Assembly: GCA_963842525.1 (NCBI GenBank)
Contig: CAWJGT010000001.1
Span: 256,001-320,000 of the forward strand
Direction of reading: 5' to 3'
Source: an uncultured Holophagales bacterium
GTDB lineage: Bacteria; Acidobacteriota; Thermoanaerobaculia; Multivoradales; UBA5704
DNA length: 64,000 nt
Below the pieces are notes generated by a model that was given only the letters and a program-made list of their open reading frames with translations, searched no databases and was not told where the DNA came from. Shown here one piece after another: positions 31,387-40,909 of this stretch. A program made the translations under genes and the position numbers. Each line of letters begins with the position of its first letter. Positions within the stretch are counted from its first letter, which is position 1.

Positions 31387-33471
31387 ATGAAAGAATGGCT
31401 CTGGCTGATCCCCGTCCTGCCGTTCGCCGGCGCCCTCTTGAACGGCGTCCTGCTCAAGGGGCGCGTCAACAAGAAGGCCGTCGGCCTGATCGCCTGCGGC
31501 GTGGTCGGCCTCGCGGCCCTGCTGGCGATCCTGATCATCGCCGACTACATGACGGGCACTCCGGCAGGGCCGGACGGGCGCGAGCCGTTCGAGCGGGACT
31601 ACTACACCTGGATGCCGGCCGGCCCGATCACGACGACGCTCGACGGGGTCAAGGACTTCACGGTCAGCTTCGGCCTCCTGCTCGACCCGCTCTCCTGCGT
31701 GATGCTCTTCGTGGTCACCTTCGTGGGCTTCCTGATCCATGTCTACTCGGTCGGCTACATGGCCCACGAGGAGGGCTACCAGCGCTATTTCACCTATCTC
31801 AACCTGTTCATGGGCGCGATGCTGCTGCTGATCCTGGGCAACAACTACGCGGTCTCGTTCGTCGGTTGGGAAGGGGTGGGGCTCTGCTCGTACCTGTTGA
31901 TCGGCTTCTATTTCAAGGAAGAGTTTCCGCCCTACGCCGGACGCAAGGCCTTCCTGGTCAACCGCATCGGCGATTTCGCTTTCGTCCTCGGGGTGTTCGC
32001 GCTGGTCTCGACGTTCGGCACGCTCCGCTACACGGAGATCTTCGAGCGCATCGAGGCGAATCCGGCGTTGATGACCGGCTCGTACGTGCTCGGCCTCAGC
32101 CTGGCGAGCTTCGTGGCGCTCTGCCTGTTCATCGGCGCCACGGGCAAGAGCGCGCAGCTCCCGCTCTACGTCTGGCTGCCCGACGCGATGGCCGGCCCGA
32201 CGCCGGTCTCGGCGCTGATCCACGCCGCCACCATGGTCACCGCCGGCGTCTACATGGTGGCGCGCTCGAACGCGATCTATCAGCTCGCGCACGACATCTC
32301 CCTGGTGGTGGCCACGATCGGCGCGGCCACGGCGATCTTCGCCGCCACGATCGGCATTGCACAGACCGACATCAAGAAGGTTTTGGCCTATTCGACCGTG
32401 TCGCAGCTCGGCTACATGTTCCTGGCCGCGGGCGTGGGGGCCTACACGGCGGCGATCTTCCACGTGACGACGCATGCCTTTTTCAAGGCCCTCCTCTTCC
32501 TCGGCTCCGGCTCGGTGATCCACGCCATGGGCGGCGAGCAGGACATGCGGAAAATGGGCGGGCTCGGAAAATACCTGCCGCAGACGAGCAAGACCTTCTG
32601 GATCGGCTGCCTGGCGATCGCGGGCGTGCCGGGTTTTGCCGGTTTCTTCAGCAAGGACGAGATCCTGCACTCCGCGGCCGCGGGCGGCTATTGGGTGCTC
32701 TGGGGGGTCGGCCTGCTGACCGCGGGCATCACGGCCTTCTACATGTTCCGCGCCCATTACATGACGTTCTCGGGGAAGTTCCGCGGCACGCACGAGCAGG
32801 AGCATCACCTGCACGAGTCGCCGCCGGTGATGACCATCCCCCTGTGGATCCTTGCGGGAGGGGCGGTGCTCTCGGGGCTTCTGGGCATCCCGAAGCTCCT
32901 GACCCTGGGGTTCCTGCCCGAGAACGCGTTCGGCCATTTCCTCGAGCCGGTCGTGGCCGAGGTGGGCCAGCACTCCGAGCACCACGTTTCGACGGCGTTG
33001 GAGCTCGGACTGATGGGCATCGCGGTCGCCGTGGCGGCGGCGGGCATCTTCCTGGCGCGGTCGCTCTACAGCGGCGACCGCGGGCTCGCCAAGGGGACGG
33101 TCTGGGCGGAGCGCTTCCCCGCGGTCCACCGGGTGCTCGGCAACAAGTACTACGTCGACGAGCTCTACGATGCGACGGTGGTAAGAGGTTTTTGGGCCTC
33201 GGCGCGTGGGCTCTTCCGTTTCGACGCCAAGGTGATCGACGGCTTTTTCGTGAACGGAGCGCGCAACGCGACCGTCGCCTTTTCGCTGATCTCGGGCCTG
33301 TTCGACAAGTACGTGGTGGACGGGCTGGTCAACCTGACGGGCTCGGTCCTCGACCTGGGCTCGCGGGGCTTCCGCCGCCTGCAGACCGGGTATGTCGCCA
33401 ACTATGCGTTGGTCCTGGCGGTGGGGATGTTCGCTCTGATCTGCATCTACATGGTCCTGCGTCTGCGCTGA
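31387..33471 (+). CDS. nuoL: NADH-quinone oxidoreductase subunit L
   Basis: GKSAQLPLYVWLPDAMAGPTPVSALIHAATMVTAG, HAFFKALLFL. Confidence 0.96.
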   Translation: MKEWLWLIPVLPFAGALLNGVLLKGRVNKKAVGLIACGVVGLAALLAILIIADYMTGTPAGPDGREPFERDYYTWMPAGPITTTLDGVKDFTVSFGLLLDPLSCVMLFVVTFVGFLIHVYSVGYMAHEEGYQRYFTYLNLFMGAMLLLILGNNYAVSFVGWEGVGLCSYLLIGFYFKEEFPPYAGRKAFLVNRIGDFAFVLGVFALVSTFGTLRYTEIFERIEANPALMTGSYVLGLSLASFVALCLFIGATGKSAQLPLYVWLPDAMAGPTPVSALIHAATMVTAGVYMVARSNAIYQLAHDISLVVATIGAATAIFAATIGIAQTDIKKVLAYSTVSQLGYMFLAAGVGAYTAAIFHVTTHAFFKALLFLGSGSVIHAMGGEQDMRKMGGLGKYLPQTSKTFWIGCLAIAGVPGFAGFFSKDEILHSAAAGGYWVLWGVGLLTAGITAFYMFRAHYMTFSGKFRGTHEQEHHLHESPPVMTIPLWILAGGAVLSGLLGIPKLLTLGFLPENAFGHFLEPVVAEVGQHSEHHVSTALELGLMGIAVAVAAAGIFLARSLYSGDRGLAKGTVWAERFPAVHRVLGNKYYVDELYDATVVRGFWASARGLFRFDAKVIDGFFVNGARNATVAFSLISGLFDKYVVDGLVNLTGSVLDLGSRGFRRLQTGYVANYALVLAVGMFALICIYMVLRLR

Positions 33472-33495
33472 TCAGGAGATGCCTCTGGGGGAATC

Positions 33496-35100
33496 ATGTT
33501 CGACTGGGTCCACAGCGTTCCGATCCTGAGCCTCATCACCTACGTGCCCCTGCTCGGGGCGCTTTTCGTCATCTTCTTCATGAAGAACGATCAGTCGCCG
33601 CGGATCCGCAAGTTCGCGACCGGCGTGGTGATGATCGACTTCCTGCTCTCCGTGCCGCTCTGGTTCGCTTTCGACCGGGAGGCGACCGGAGAGGGATTGT
33701 TCCAGTTCCGCGAGAAAGCGGAGTGGATCAAGTCGATCGGAGTGAGCTATGAAATGGGGATCGACGGCGTGGCCCTGCTGCTCGTGCTGCTGACCACGCT
33801 CCTGGGCGTCCTCGCCTTCCTCTCGTCCTGGAGCGCCATCCAGAACCGCGAGAAGGAGTACTACGTCTTCATGCTCCTCCTCCAGACGGGCATGCTCGGC
33901 GTCTTCATGGCGATGGACTTCTTCCTCTTCTATGTCTTCTGGGAAGTGATGCTGGTGCCGATGTACTTCCTGATCGGCATCTGGGGCGGTCCGCGCAGGC
34001 TCTACGCGGCGATCAAGTTCTTCCTCTACACCCTGGTGGGCTCGGTGCTGATGCTCCTCGGCATCCTGGCGCTCTATTTCTTCAACGCCGGCGGCCTGCT
34101 GGGCTGGGAAGGGCTGGGCAACGAGATCAGCTTCTCCATCCGCCAGTTCCACGACATCGCCAGCCAGATCCCCAAGGACCTCCAGATCTGGATCTTCCTC
34201 GCCTTCTTCGTCGGCTTCGCCATCAAGGTGCCGATGTTCCCGTTCCACACCTGGCTGCCGGACGCGCACGTGGAGGCGCCCACGGCCGGCTCGGTGATCC
34301 TGGCCGGCGTCCTGCTGAAGATGGGCACCTACGGTTTCGTCCGCTTCTCGCTGCCGATCCTGCCCGAGGCCACCCTGGAGCTGCTGCCCTGGATGGCCGG
34401 GCTGTCGATCCTCGGCATCCTCTACGGCGCGCTGGTGGCCATGGCGCAGAAGGACATGAAGAAGCTGGTGGCCTACTCTTCGGTCAGCCACCTCGGCTTC
34501 GTCATGCTCGGGATCTTCGCCTTGAACGGCCCGGGCCTGAACGGCGGCATCCTCCAGATGATCAATCATGGCCTCTCGACCGGCGCGCTGTTCCTGCTCG
34601 TCGGCATCATCTACGAGCGGCGGCACACGCGCATGATCGCCGAGTACGGCGGCATCTCCGCGGTGATGCCCGTCTTCGCCACGATCTTCCTGATCATCAC
34701 CATGTCGTCGATCGGCCTGCCGGCGCTCAACGGCTTCGTGGGCGAGTTCACGATCCTGGTCGGGGCCTTCGACCGCAACTGGGTCTGGGCCCTTCTCGCG
34801 GCGCTCGGCATCGTGCTCGGCGCGGCCTACATGCTGTGGCTGTACCAGCGCGTCTTCTTCGGGCCGCTGACCAATCCGGAGAACAAGGGACTCAAGGACC
34901 TGAACCGCCGCGAGCTCCTCTACCTGATGCCGATCGTCGTGCTCTGCTTCTGGATCGGGCTCTATCCGCGGCCGTTCTTCGACATCCTGAAGAAGCCGGT
35001 GGACTACATCGTCGCCAAGGTCGACCCGGCCTACAAGCCGGCGCTCGCCGGCACCGGTACGCCGGCAGCGGAAGCGGCGTCCGGCCAGGTGGGGGAGTGA
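33496..35100 (+). CDS. nuoM: NADH-quinone oxidoreductase subunit M
   Basis: FWEVMLVPMYFLIG, KVPMFPFHTWLPDAHVEAP, KKLVAYSSVSH. Confidence 0.96.
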   Translation: MFDWVHSVPILSLITYVPLLGALFVIFFMKNDQSPRIRKFATGVVMIDFLLSVPLWFAFDREATGEGLFQFREKAEWIKSIGVSYEMGIDGVALLLVLLTTLLGVLAFLSSWSAIQNREKEYYVFMLLLQTGMLGVFMAMDFFLFYVFWEVMLVPMYFLIGIWGGPRRLYAAIKFFLYTLVGSVLMLLGILALYFFNAGGLLGWEGLGNEISFSIRQFHDIASQIPKDLQIWIFLAFFVGFAIKVPMFPFHTWLPDAHVEAPTAGSVILAGVLLKMGTYGFVRFSLPILPEATLELLPWMAGLSILGILYGALVAMAQKDMKKLVAYSSVSHLGFVMLGIFALNGPGLNGGILQMINHGLSTGALFLLVGIIYERRHTRMIAEYGGISAVMPVFATIFLIITMSSIGLPALNGFVGEFTILVGAFDRNWVWALLAALGIVLGAAYMLWLYQRVFFGPLTNPENKGLKDLNRRELLYLMPIVVLCFWIGLYPRPFFDILKKPVDYIVAKVDPAYKPALAGTGTPAAEAASGQVGE

Positions 35101-36557
35101 GCCCCGTGCTGCCGAATCCCCAGGAGTTCCTCCTGCTCGCGCCGGAGATCCTGCTCGCCTCGGCGGGCCTGCTCCTGCTGCTGATCGGCACGATCGGCCG
35201 CGGCCTGGGCAACCGGGAGTCGGCGCTGGTGGCGTTCGTCAGCCTGGTCCTCACCGGCTTCGTGCTGTGGCGGGTGCGGGTGAGCGTGCCCGGTCGCCTG
35301 CTGATCCTCGAGGACACCTTCGTGCTGGACGGCTTCGCCTTCTTCTGGAAGGCGCTGGTGCTGGTGGCGACGGCGCTGACCATCCTGCTGTCGGTCCGCT
35401 TCCTCGAAGAGGGGGGCTACCGGGCGACCGAGTACTATGCCCTGCTGCTGCTGGCGACCGCGGGCATGCTCTTCATGGCGAGCGGCTATACGCTGCTCAC
35501 CATCTGGATCTCGCTCGAGACCATGGCGCTCGCGAGCTACATCCTGGCCGGCTATTTCAAGCGCCACCTGCGGTCCAACGAAGCGGCCCTCAAGTACTTC
35601 ATCCTCGGCGCCCTGTCGAGCGGCATCCTGCTCTACGGCATCTCGCTCCTCTACGGCGCCACCGGCACGGTGCAGCTCGGCGAGCTGGCGCGGGGCCTCG
35701 CGGGGGCCTCCGGCAATGTCCTGGTCCCGCTCGGCTGGCTGCTCCTCGCCGCCGGCCTCTTCTTCAAGGTGGCCGCGGTGCCGTTCCACATCTGGACGCC
35801 GGACGTCTATGTCGGCGCTCCGACTCCGGTGACCGCCTTCCTGGCGGTGGGCTCCAAGGCGGCCTCGTTCGCCATCCTGCTGCGCATCTTCTATGAAGGG
35901 CTCGGCACTCTGCAGCTCGAGTGGCAGTGGATCGTCGCCGTGGTGGCCGCGGCTTCGATGATCTGGGGCAACGTGGCGGCGCTGACGCAGGAGAACGTCA
36001 AGCGGATGCTCGCCTACAGCTCGATCGCCCACGCCGGCTACATCCTGATCGGGGTGCTGGCCGTGTCGGAGATCGGGCTGTGGTCCGTCCTCTTCTACGT
36101 GCTGGCCTACAGCTTCATCACTTTCGGAGCTTTCGGCACGGTGATCCTCCTGGAGCGCAAGGAGTACGCGGGGGAGACCTGCGCGGACTACGCGGGCCTG
36201 TCCCATCGCGCGCCGTTCCTGGCGGCCATGATGCTGCTCTTCATGCTGGCCCTGACCGGGATCCCGCCCACCGGCGGCTTCTTCGGCAAGGTCTACCTCT
36301 TCGCCGCCGCGGTCGAGGCGGGCTGGACCTGGGTGGCGGTGATCGGCGTGGTGACCAGCGCGATTTCCCTCTATTACTACTTCCGGATCGTGGTCTACAT
36401 GTACCTGCGCGAGTCCACCCAGGCCGCGCCGGTGCCAATGCACGCGCCCGCCCTGTTCGGCGCCATCGCCTTCTGCGCCCTGGCGACCCTGATCCTGGGG
36501 CTCTATCCCGAGCCGTTCATCCAGCTCGCCCGCGCCAGCCTGCTGCCGCTGCCGTAG
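35097..36557 (+). CDS. nuoN: NADH-quinone oxidoreductase subunit N (start 35097 or 35106)
   Basis: EAALKYFILG, FKVAAVPFHIWTPDVY, KRMLAYSSIAHAGY. Confidence 0.95.
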   Translation: MSPVLPNPQEFLLLAPEILLASAGLLLLLIGTIGRGLGNRESALVAFVSLVLTGFVLWRVRVSVPGRLLILEDTFVLDGFAFFWKALVLVATALTILLSVRFLEEGGYRATEYYALLLLATAGMLFMASGYTLLTIWISLETMALASYILAGYFKRHLRSNEAALKYFILGALSSGILLYGISLLYGATGTVQLGELARGLAGASGNVLVPLGWLLLAAGLFFKVAAVPFHIWTPDVYVGAPTPVTAFLAVGSKAASFAILLRIFYEGLGTLQLEWQWIVAVVAAASMIWGNVAALTQENVKRMLAYSSIAHAGYILIGVLAVSEIGLWSVLFYVLAYSFITFGAFGTVILLERKEYAGETCADYAGLSHRAPFLAAMMLLFMLALTGIPPTGGFFGKVYLFAAAVEAGWTWVAVIGVVTSAISLYYYFRIVVYMYLRESTQAAPVPMHAPALFGAIAFCALATLILGLYPEPFIQLARASLLPLP

Positions 36558-36851
36558 GGTTGTCCCGGGGTGCCGTTTCTGGCGCCGGGGAGTGCCGATT
36601 CGGCCGGCCGGCCGGAATGGCGTACACTATTGAAGAAAAGGGTGGGGCCCGGGGGCTTGGAAACGCTCGTCCTCGGAATAGGGCGTGTGCTTGCCGGGGT
36701 TTCCTCTAGATGTCCCCTCATGGGGACGCACTCCTCCTCTTTCGACTCCACCCGAGTGAGCCTTGGGAGAGCTGACCCCTCCCCTCCAGCCGTTGGCATT
36801 GTATGTGCGTAGTGTCCAGGCCGGAGAGGAAACCGGCTGAAGGGGGTAAGA

Positions 36852-37472
36852 ATGGCGAAGACCAGCGCAGACCACCAGAAAGGGTGGAACTTCGAGGCGG
36901 CGGCGATGCCCTTCGTGGACGCGCTCTACAATACCGCCTATCGAATGACGCGCAACGCCGAGGACGCGGAAGACCTGGTCCAGGAGACGTACCTCAAGGC
37001 GTACCGTTACTACGACAAGTTCGAGGAAGGGACCAACTTCAAGGCGTGGTTGTTCAAGATCATGAAGAACACCTTCATCAACAACTACCGCAAGAAGCAG
37101 CAGGCCCCTGCCCTCAGCGACTTCGCGGAGATCGAAGAATCGTTCGAGAACCAGGTGAGCGAGGACGCCTCCCGGCAGATCAAGAGCCCCGAGGAGGAGC
37201 TCCTGGAGAACGTCCTCGACGAAGACGTCCAGCGCAGCCTCGACAAGCTGCCTCCCGACTACCGGATGGTCGTGATCCTGGCGGACCTGGAAGGCTTCTC
37301 GTACAAGGAGATCGCCGAGATCCTGGAGGTCCCGGTGGGCACCGTCATGAGCCGCCTCTACCGCGGGCGGCGCCTGCTCGAGGCCGCGATGCTCGAATTC
37401 GCCCGCGAGCACGGCTATCTGCGGGAGGGCGAGCCGGCCAAGATGCGGAGCAAGGTCCTGACCTCGAAGTGA
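36852..37472 (+). CDS. ECF sigma factor, SigR/SigH-like
   Basis: AYRMTRNAEDAEDLVQETYLKAY, GTNFKAWLFKIMKNTFIN, YKEIAEILEVPVGTVMSRLYRGR. Confidence 0.93.
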   Translation: MAKTSADHQKGWNFEAAAMPFVDALYNTAYRMTRNAEDAEDLVQETYLKAYRYYDKFEEGTNFKAWLFKIMKNTFINNYRKKQQAPALSDFAEIEESFENQVSEDASRQIKSPEEELLENVLDEDVQRSLDKLPPDYRMVVILADLEGFSYKEIAEILEVPVGTVMSRLYRGRRLLEAAMLEFAREHGYLREGEPAKMRSKVLTSK

Positions 37473-37575
37473 TACTCCGGCGACCCGGAAATATCCGGCC
37501 CGAAGAGCGAGTTGATCTAGAAGGTTACGGCCTCAGGAGCGATGCAGCCGAGCCCGGGGACCGCGGAGGACGGAC

Positions 37576-37824
37576 ATGGACTGTAAAGAAGTCGGGTCGA
37601 TTTTGTTTCTCTTCTTCGACAACGAGATGGATGAGAACCTCATGACCCCGTTCCGTGATCATGTCTCAGGCTGTGGCAACTGCGCACGCCAGGTGGACTA
37701 CACCCGCAAGCTCCTGCTCATCGTCAGGCATCGATGCATCCGCTGCAGCGCTCCGGACCGGCTGCGACACCGCATCCTGACCAGCTTGCCGCATCGCGGC
37801 AGCACCGCCCCCGGCCCCTATTGA
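37576..37824 (+). CDS. Soluble zinc-binding anti-sigma factor, RsrA/RshA-like
   Basis: MDC...DNE...HVSGCGNC (HxxxCxxC), APDRLRHRI; no TM; downstream of the sigma. Confidence 0.85.
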   Translation: MDCKEVGSILFLFFDNEMDENLMTPFRDHVSGCGNCARQVDYTRKLLLIVRHRCIRCSAPDRLRHRILTSLPHRGSTAPGPY

Positions 37825-37850
37825 ACCTCCTCCCTTTTCAGGCACCCTCC

Positions 37851-38318
37851 ATGCTCCGGCCCGACCGCTCCACGCTCCGCCTGGGGACCGCCTGCGCGCT
37901 CCTGCTGGCGCTGCTCGCCGTTCCCGCGCTGGCGCAGGACGTCCAGCTCCAGGGCCTCCGGGGGGAGCGGCTGGTCGAGTCCGACCTCGCTCGCGGAACG
38001 ACGATCATCATCGTCTGGGCCTCCTGGTCGCCGCGTTCCCGCGACATCGTGGCGCGGGTGAACCCGCTGGCCCGCCGCTGGGGAAGCCGGGCCCGTGTCG
38101 TGACGGTCAATTTCCAGGAAGACCGGCCGGCGGTCGAGGGCTTCCTGTCCGGCAAGGACCTGGGCGCGACGGTCTTCCTCGACCCCAACGGACAGTTCTC
38201 CAAGAAGTACGCGGTGGCGACGCTGCCGGGCCTCCTGATCTTCAAGGACGGCCAGGTCGTCTACCGTGGCAAGCTGCCCGACGACCCGGACCAGGTCATC
38301 GCCGAATTCCTCGGCTGA
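37851..38318 (+). CDS. Exported TlpA/ResA-like thioredoxin-fold protein with SPRS in place of CxxC
   Basis: Signal peptide; VWASWSPRS, VNFQED, KKYAVATLP. Confidence 0.8.
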   Translation: MLRPDRSTLRLGTACALLLALLAVPALAQDVQLQGLRGERLVESDLARGTTIIIVWASWSPRSRDIVARVNPLARRWGSRARVVTVNFQEDRPAVEGFLSGKDLGATVFLDPNGQFSKKYAVATLPGLLIFKDGQVVYRGKLPDDPDQVIAEFLG

Positions 38319-38463
38319 CCGGACCTCACTCCCTCCCATCTTCCGAATTGGAAGATCCAGAGCGGCCAGGGGTTGCACCCGGGGCCGTGTCCTTGCTAGT
38401 ATCCGCCTCGTAGTTACCGCGACGCTTAGAGCCAATCCTCGTCAACCGGGGAGGTCTGCAGGG

Positions 38464-39831
38464 ATGCAGTCGAAAAGGGTTAGTCTTGCTCCGCAATTGC
38501 TCCGCCTCGCGCTGCCGCTAGGGCTCAGTCTTCTGGCGGTCGGACTCTTCTTCACCACCCAGAGCCTCGAGGCGTACAACGAGTCGCCGTTCCCCCTTCC
38601 TGCCAATCCCCGGTTCAGCGAACGCACCATTCTACCCACCGAGGCGACGTCACGCATCGACGAGGCGCGCGTCCCCGTGGAATTCACCCTGCTGCGCGGC
38701 GAGACGGCCGACGACATCTTCCTGAAGCTGGGTCTCCAGGGGGCCGCGGTCCGCGAGGCGACCAGCTCGCTGGCGGAGCACGTCAACGTGCGCAGCCTCC
38801 GGGCCGGCAACCGGTACTCGGCGTTTTTCACCCCCGACTCCACCCTCGTCTCCTTCGAGCTGACCCTGGCCGGCAGCGGCCGGGTCGAGATGCAACGGCT
38901 GGGCGACCGCTGGTCCACCCACTGGCAGCCGTTCCGGCGCAGCCTCGAGCTGAAGGCCCTGCAGGGACGGCTCGACGGCTCGCTCGAAGGCTCGATCCGG
39001 AAGGCCGGCGGGCCGCAGACCCTGGCCTATCAGATGGCCAACGTCCTCCAGTGGGACCTCGACTTCACCCGCGACCTCCAGCGGGGAGACCGCTTTGAGG
39101 TGCTCTACGAGGAGATCCTCCTCGAGGGCGAGCCCCATGACATCGGCCGGGTGCTCGCGGTCGTCCTCGAAAACCGCGGACGTCTCCACGAGGCCTACCG
39201 GTTCGGCGATTCCGGCGTCTACTACGACGGAGAGGGCCGCCCGCTCAAGAAAATGTTCCTCCGCTCGCCGCTCCGGTACTCCCGCATCACCTCGTCGTTC
39301 AGCCACCGCCGCTTCCATCCGGTGCTCAAGACCTACCGCCCGCACTATGGCGTGGACTACGGCGCGCCCGTCGGCACGCCGGTCCAGGTGACCGCCAGCG
39401 GCGCCGTCACCTTTGCCGGCTGGGACCGGGGCGGCGGCAAGGTGGTGAAGGTCCGGCACGGCGGCGGCTATGTGACCGCCTACCTGCACCTCTCGCGTTT
39501 CGCCGCGGGGATCCAGCCCGGCGCCCGCGTGCGCCAGGGGGACATCGTCGCCTACACCGGAGCCACCGGGCTGGCGAGCGGTCCCCATCTCGACTACCGG
39601 GTCCAGCACAACAACCGGTGGATCAACCCGCTGACCCTCAAGGGCGTGCGGGACGAGCCGATCCCGTCCTACCGGCTGGCCTCGTTCCGGGCCTGGCGGG
39701 ACGAGGTGCGGGACAGCCTGCGCAGCGGCGTGGTGCGGGAGGACTTCGCCGTCCCCGGCGAAGGCTCCGGGCTCCGCTACGCGGTGACGGACGCAGCGCC
39801 GCAGGTCCGGCCGGGGGTGGCGGCTCGCTGA
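38464..39831 (+). CDS. M23 peptidoglycan endopeptidase (MepM-like)
   Basis: RFHPVL, HYGVDY, YLHLS, TGLASGPHLDY; N-terminal anchor. Confidence 0.92.
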   Translation: MQSKRVSLAPQLLRLALPLGLSLLAVGLFFTTQSLEAYNESPFPLPANPRFSERTILPTEATSRIDEARVPVEFTLLRGETADDIFLKLGLQGAAVREATSSLAEHVNVRSLRAGNRYSAFFTPDSTLVSFELTLAGSGRVEMQRLGDRWSTHWQPFRRSLELKALQGRLDGSLEGSIRKAGGPQTLAYQMANVLQWDLDFTRDLQRGDRFEVLYEEILLEGEPHDIGRVLAVVLENRGRLHEAYRFGDSGVYYDGEGRPLKKMFLRSPLRYSRITSSFSHRRFHPVLKTYRPHYGVDYGAPVGTPVQVTASGAVTFAGWDRGGGKVVKVRHGGGYVTAYLHLSRFAAGIQPGARVRQGDIVAYTGATGLASGPHLDYRVQHNNRWINPLTLKGVRDEPIPSYRLASFRAWRDEVRDSLRSGVVREDFAVPGEGSGLRYAVTDAAPQVRPGVAAR

Positions 39832-39860
39832 GGCCGCCGCCCTCCGCCCCCTTTCCCCTC

Positions 39861-40844
39861 ATGACGACTGCCAGGGCCTGGTGCCGCGTCGATTTCGCCG
39901 GCGGGACGCTGGACATCTGGCCTCTCGGCCTCTTCCATCCGGGAGCCCGCACCGTCAACGTGGCGATCGACCTCGCCGCCACGGTCCGGCTGCGGCGCAG
40001 CGGTGACCTCTATCGGGTCCATCAGGCCGGGAGCGTCGTCGAGGCCCGTTCGACAGCCGAGCTGATCGCCCATCGCGAGGGGGCCCTGGTCGGGGTCATC
40101 GCCGAAGCGCTGGGACTGCCGCCGGTCGAGGTAGACCTCGCCAGCGACTCGCCGCACGGCGGCGGGCTCGGCGCCAGCTCGGCCCTGGCGGTCGCCCTGA
40201 TCGCCGCGGCCGAGGAGGAGCTGGGCCTCCCCGCGTCGACCGCGGCGCAGCGGGCCCGCCTGGCGCGCGACCTGGAGGCCCGGCTCATGGAGCTTCCGAC
40301 GGGGCTCCAGGACCACTATCCAGCCATGCTCGGGGGTGCGCTGGAGATCGAAGCCCGGCCGGGCGGCGAGTCCGTGCGGCGGCTCGCGGTCGACCTGGAT
40401 GCACTGGGAGAGAGTCTGCTCGTCGCCTACTCGGGCATCAGCCACTTCTCCGCGGGCAAGAACTGGCGGGTCGTCCGGCGCCGGCTGGACGGCGACCCCG
40501 AGATCAAGGCTCTGCTCGGCGGCATCGCCGAGGTGGCGGCCGCAGTGCCGCCGGCCCTGGAGGCGGGAGACTTCCAACGGGTAGGGGAGCTGATGAGCCG
40601 GGAGTGGAGCCATCGCCGCCAACTGGCGGAAGGGATCTCGACCCCGGAGATCGACCGGCTCTTCGCCGCGGCCCTCGCGGCCGGAGCCTGGGGCGGCAAA
40701 GCCTGCGGCGCGGGTGGGGGAGGCTGCCTCGCGTTCCTCTGTCCGCCGGAGCACCGGCCGGCGATCAGCGCCGCGCTCGAGCAGGCGGGCGCGCAAGTCC
40801 TGAGGACGCGGCCGACCGCCGAGCCGCTGGCGGTCTCTTCCTAG
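39861..40844 (+). CDS. GHMP sugar kinase, HddA-like (D-glycero-alpha-D-manno-heptose 7-phosphate kinase)
   Basis: RVDFAGGTLD, GGLGASSA, TGLQDHY, GGKACGAGGGGC. Confidence 0.8.
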   Translation: MTTARAWCRVDFAGGTLDIWPLGLFHPGARTVNVAIDLAATVRLRRSGDLYRVHQAGSVVEARSTAELIAHREGALVGVIAEALGLPPVEVDLASDSPHGGGLGASSALAVALIAAAEEELGLPASTAAQRARLARDLEARLMELPTGLQDHYPAMLGGALEIEARPGGESVRRLAVDLDALGESLLVAYSGISHFSAGKNWRVVRRRLDGDPEIKALLGGIAEVAAAVPPALEAGDFQRVGELMSREWSHRRQLAEGISTPEIDRLFAAALAAGAWGGKACGAGGGGCLAFLCPPEHRPAISAALEQAGAQVLRTRPTAEPLAVSS

Positions 40845-40909
40845 TTCCCAATCCTGTTCATTGATCCGCTTTTCCTAGCCCGGCGATTTATCGCCGGGTG
40901 GCTCGCGGC

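Noticed and set aside
36735-36790. tRNA-like TTCGACTCC motif
   Set aside because: No T-stem, cloverleaf or acceptor stem around it.
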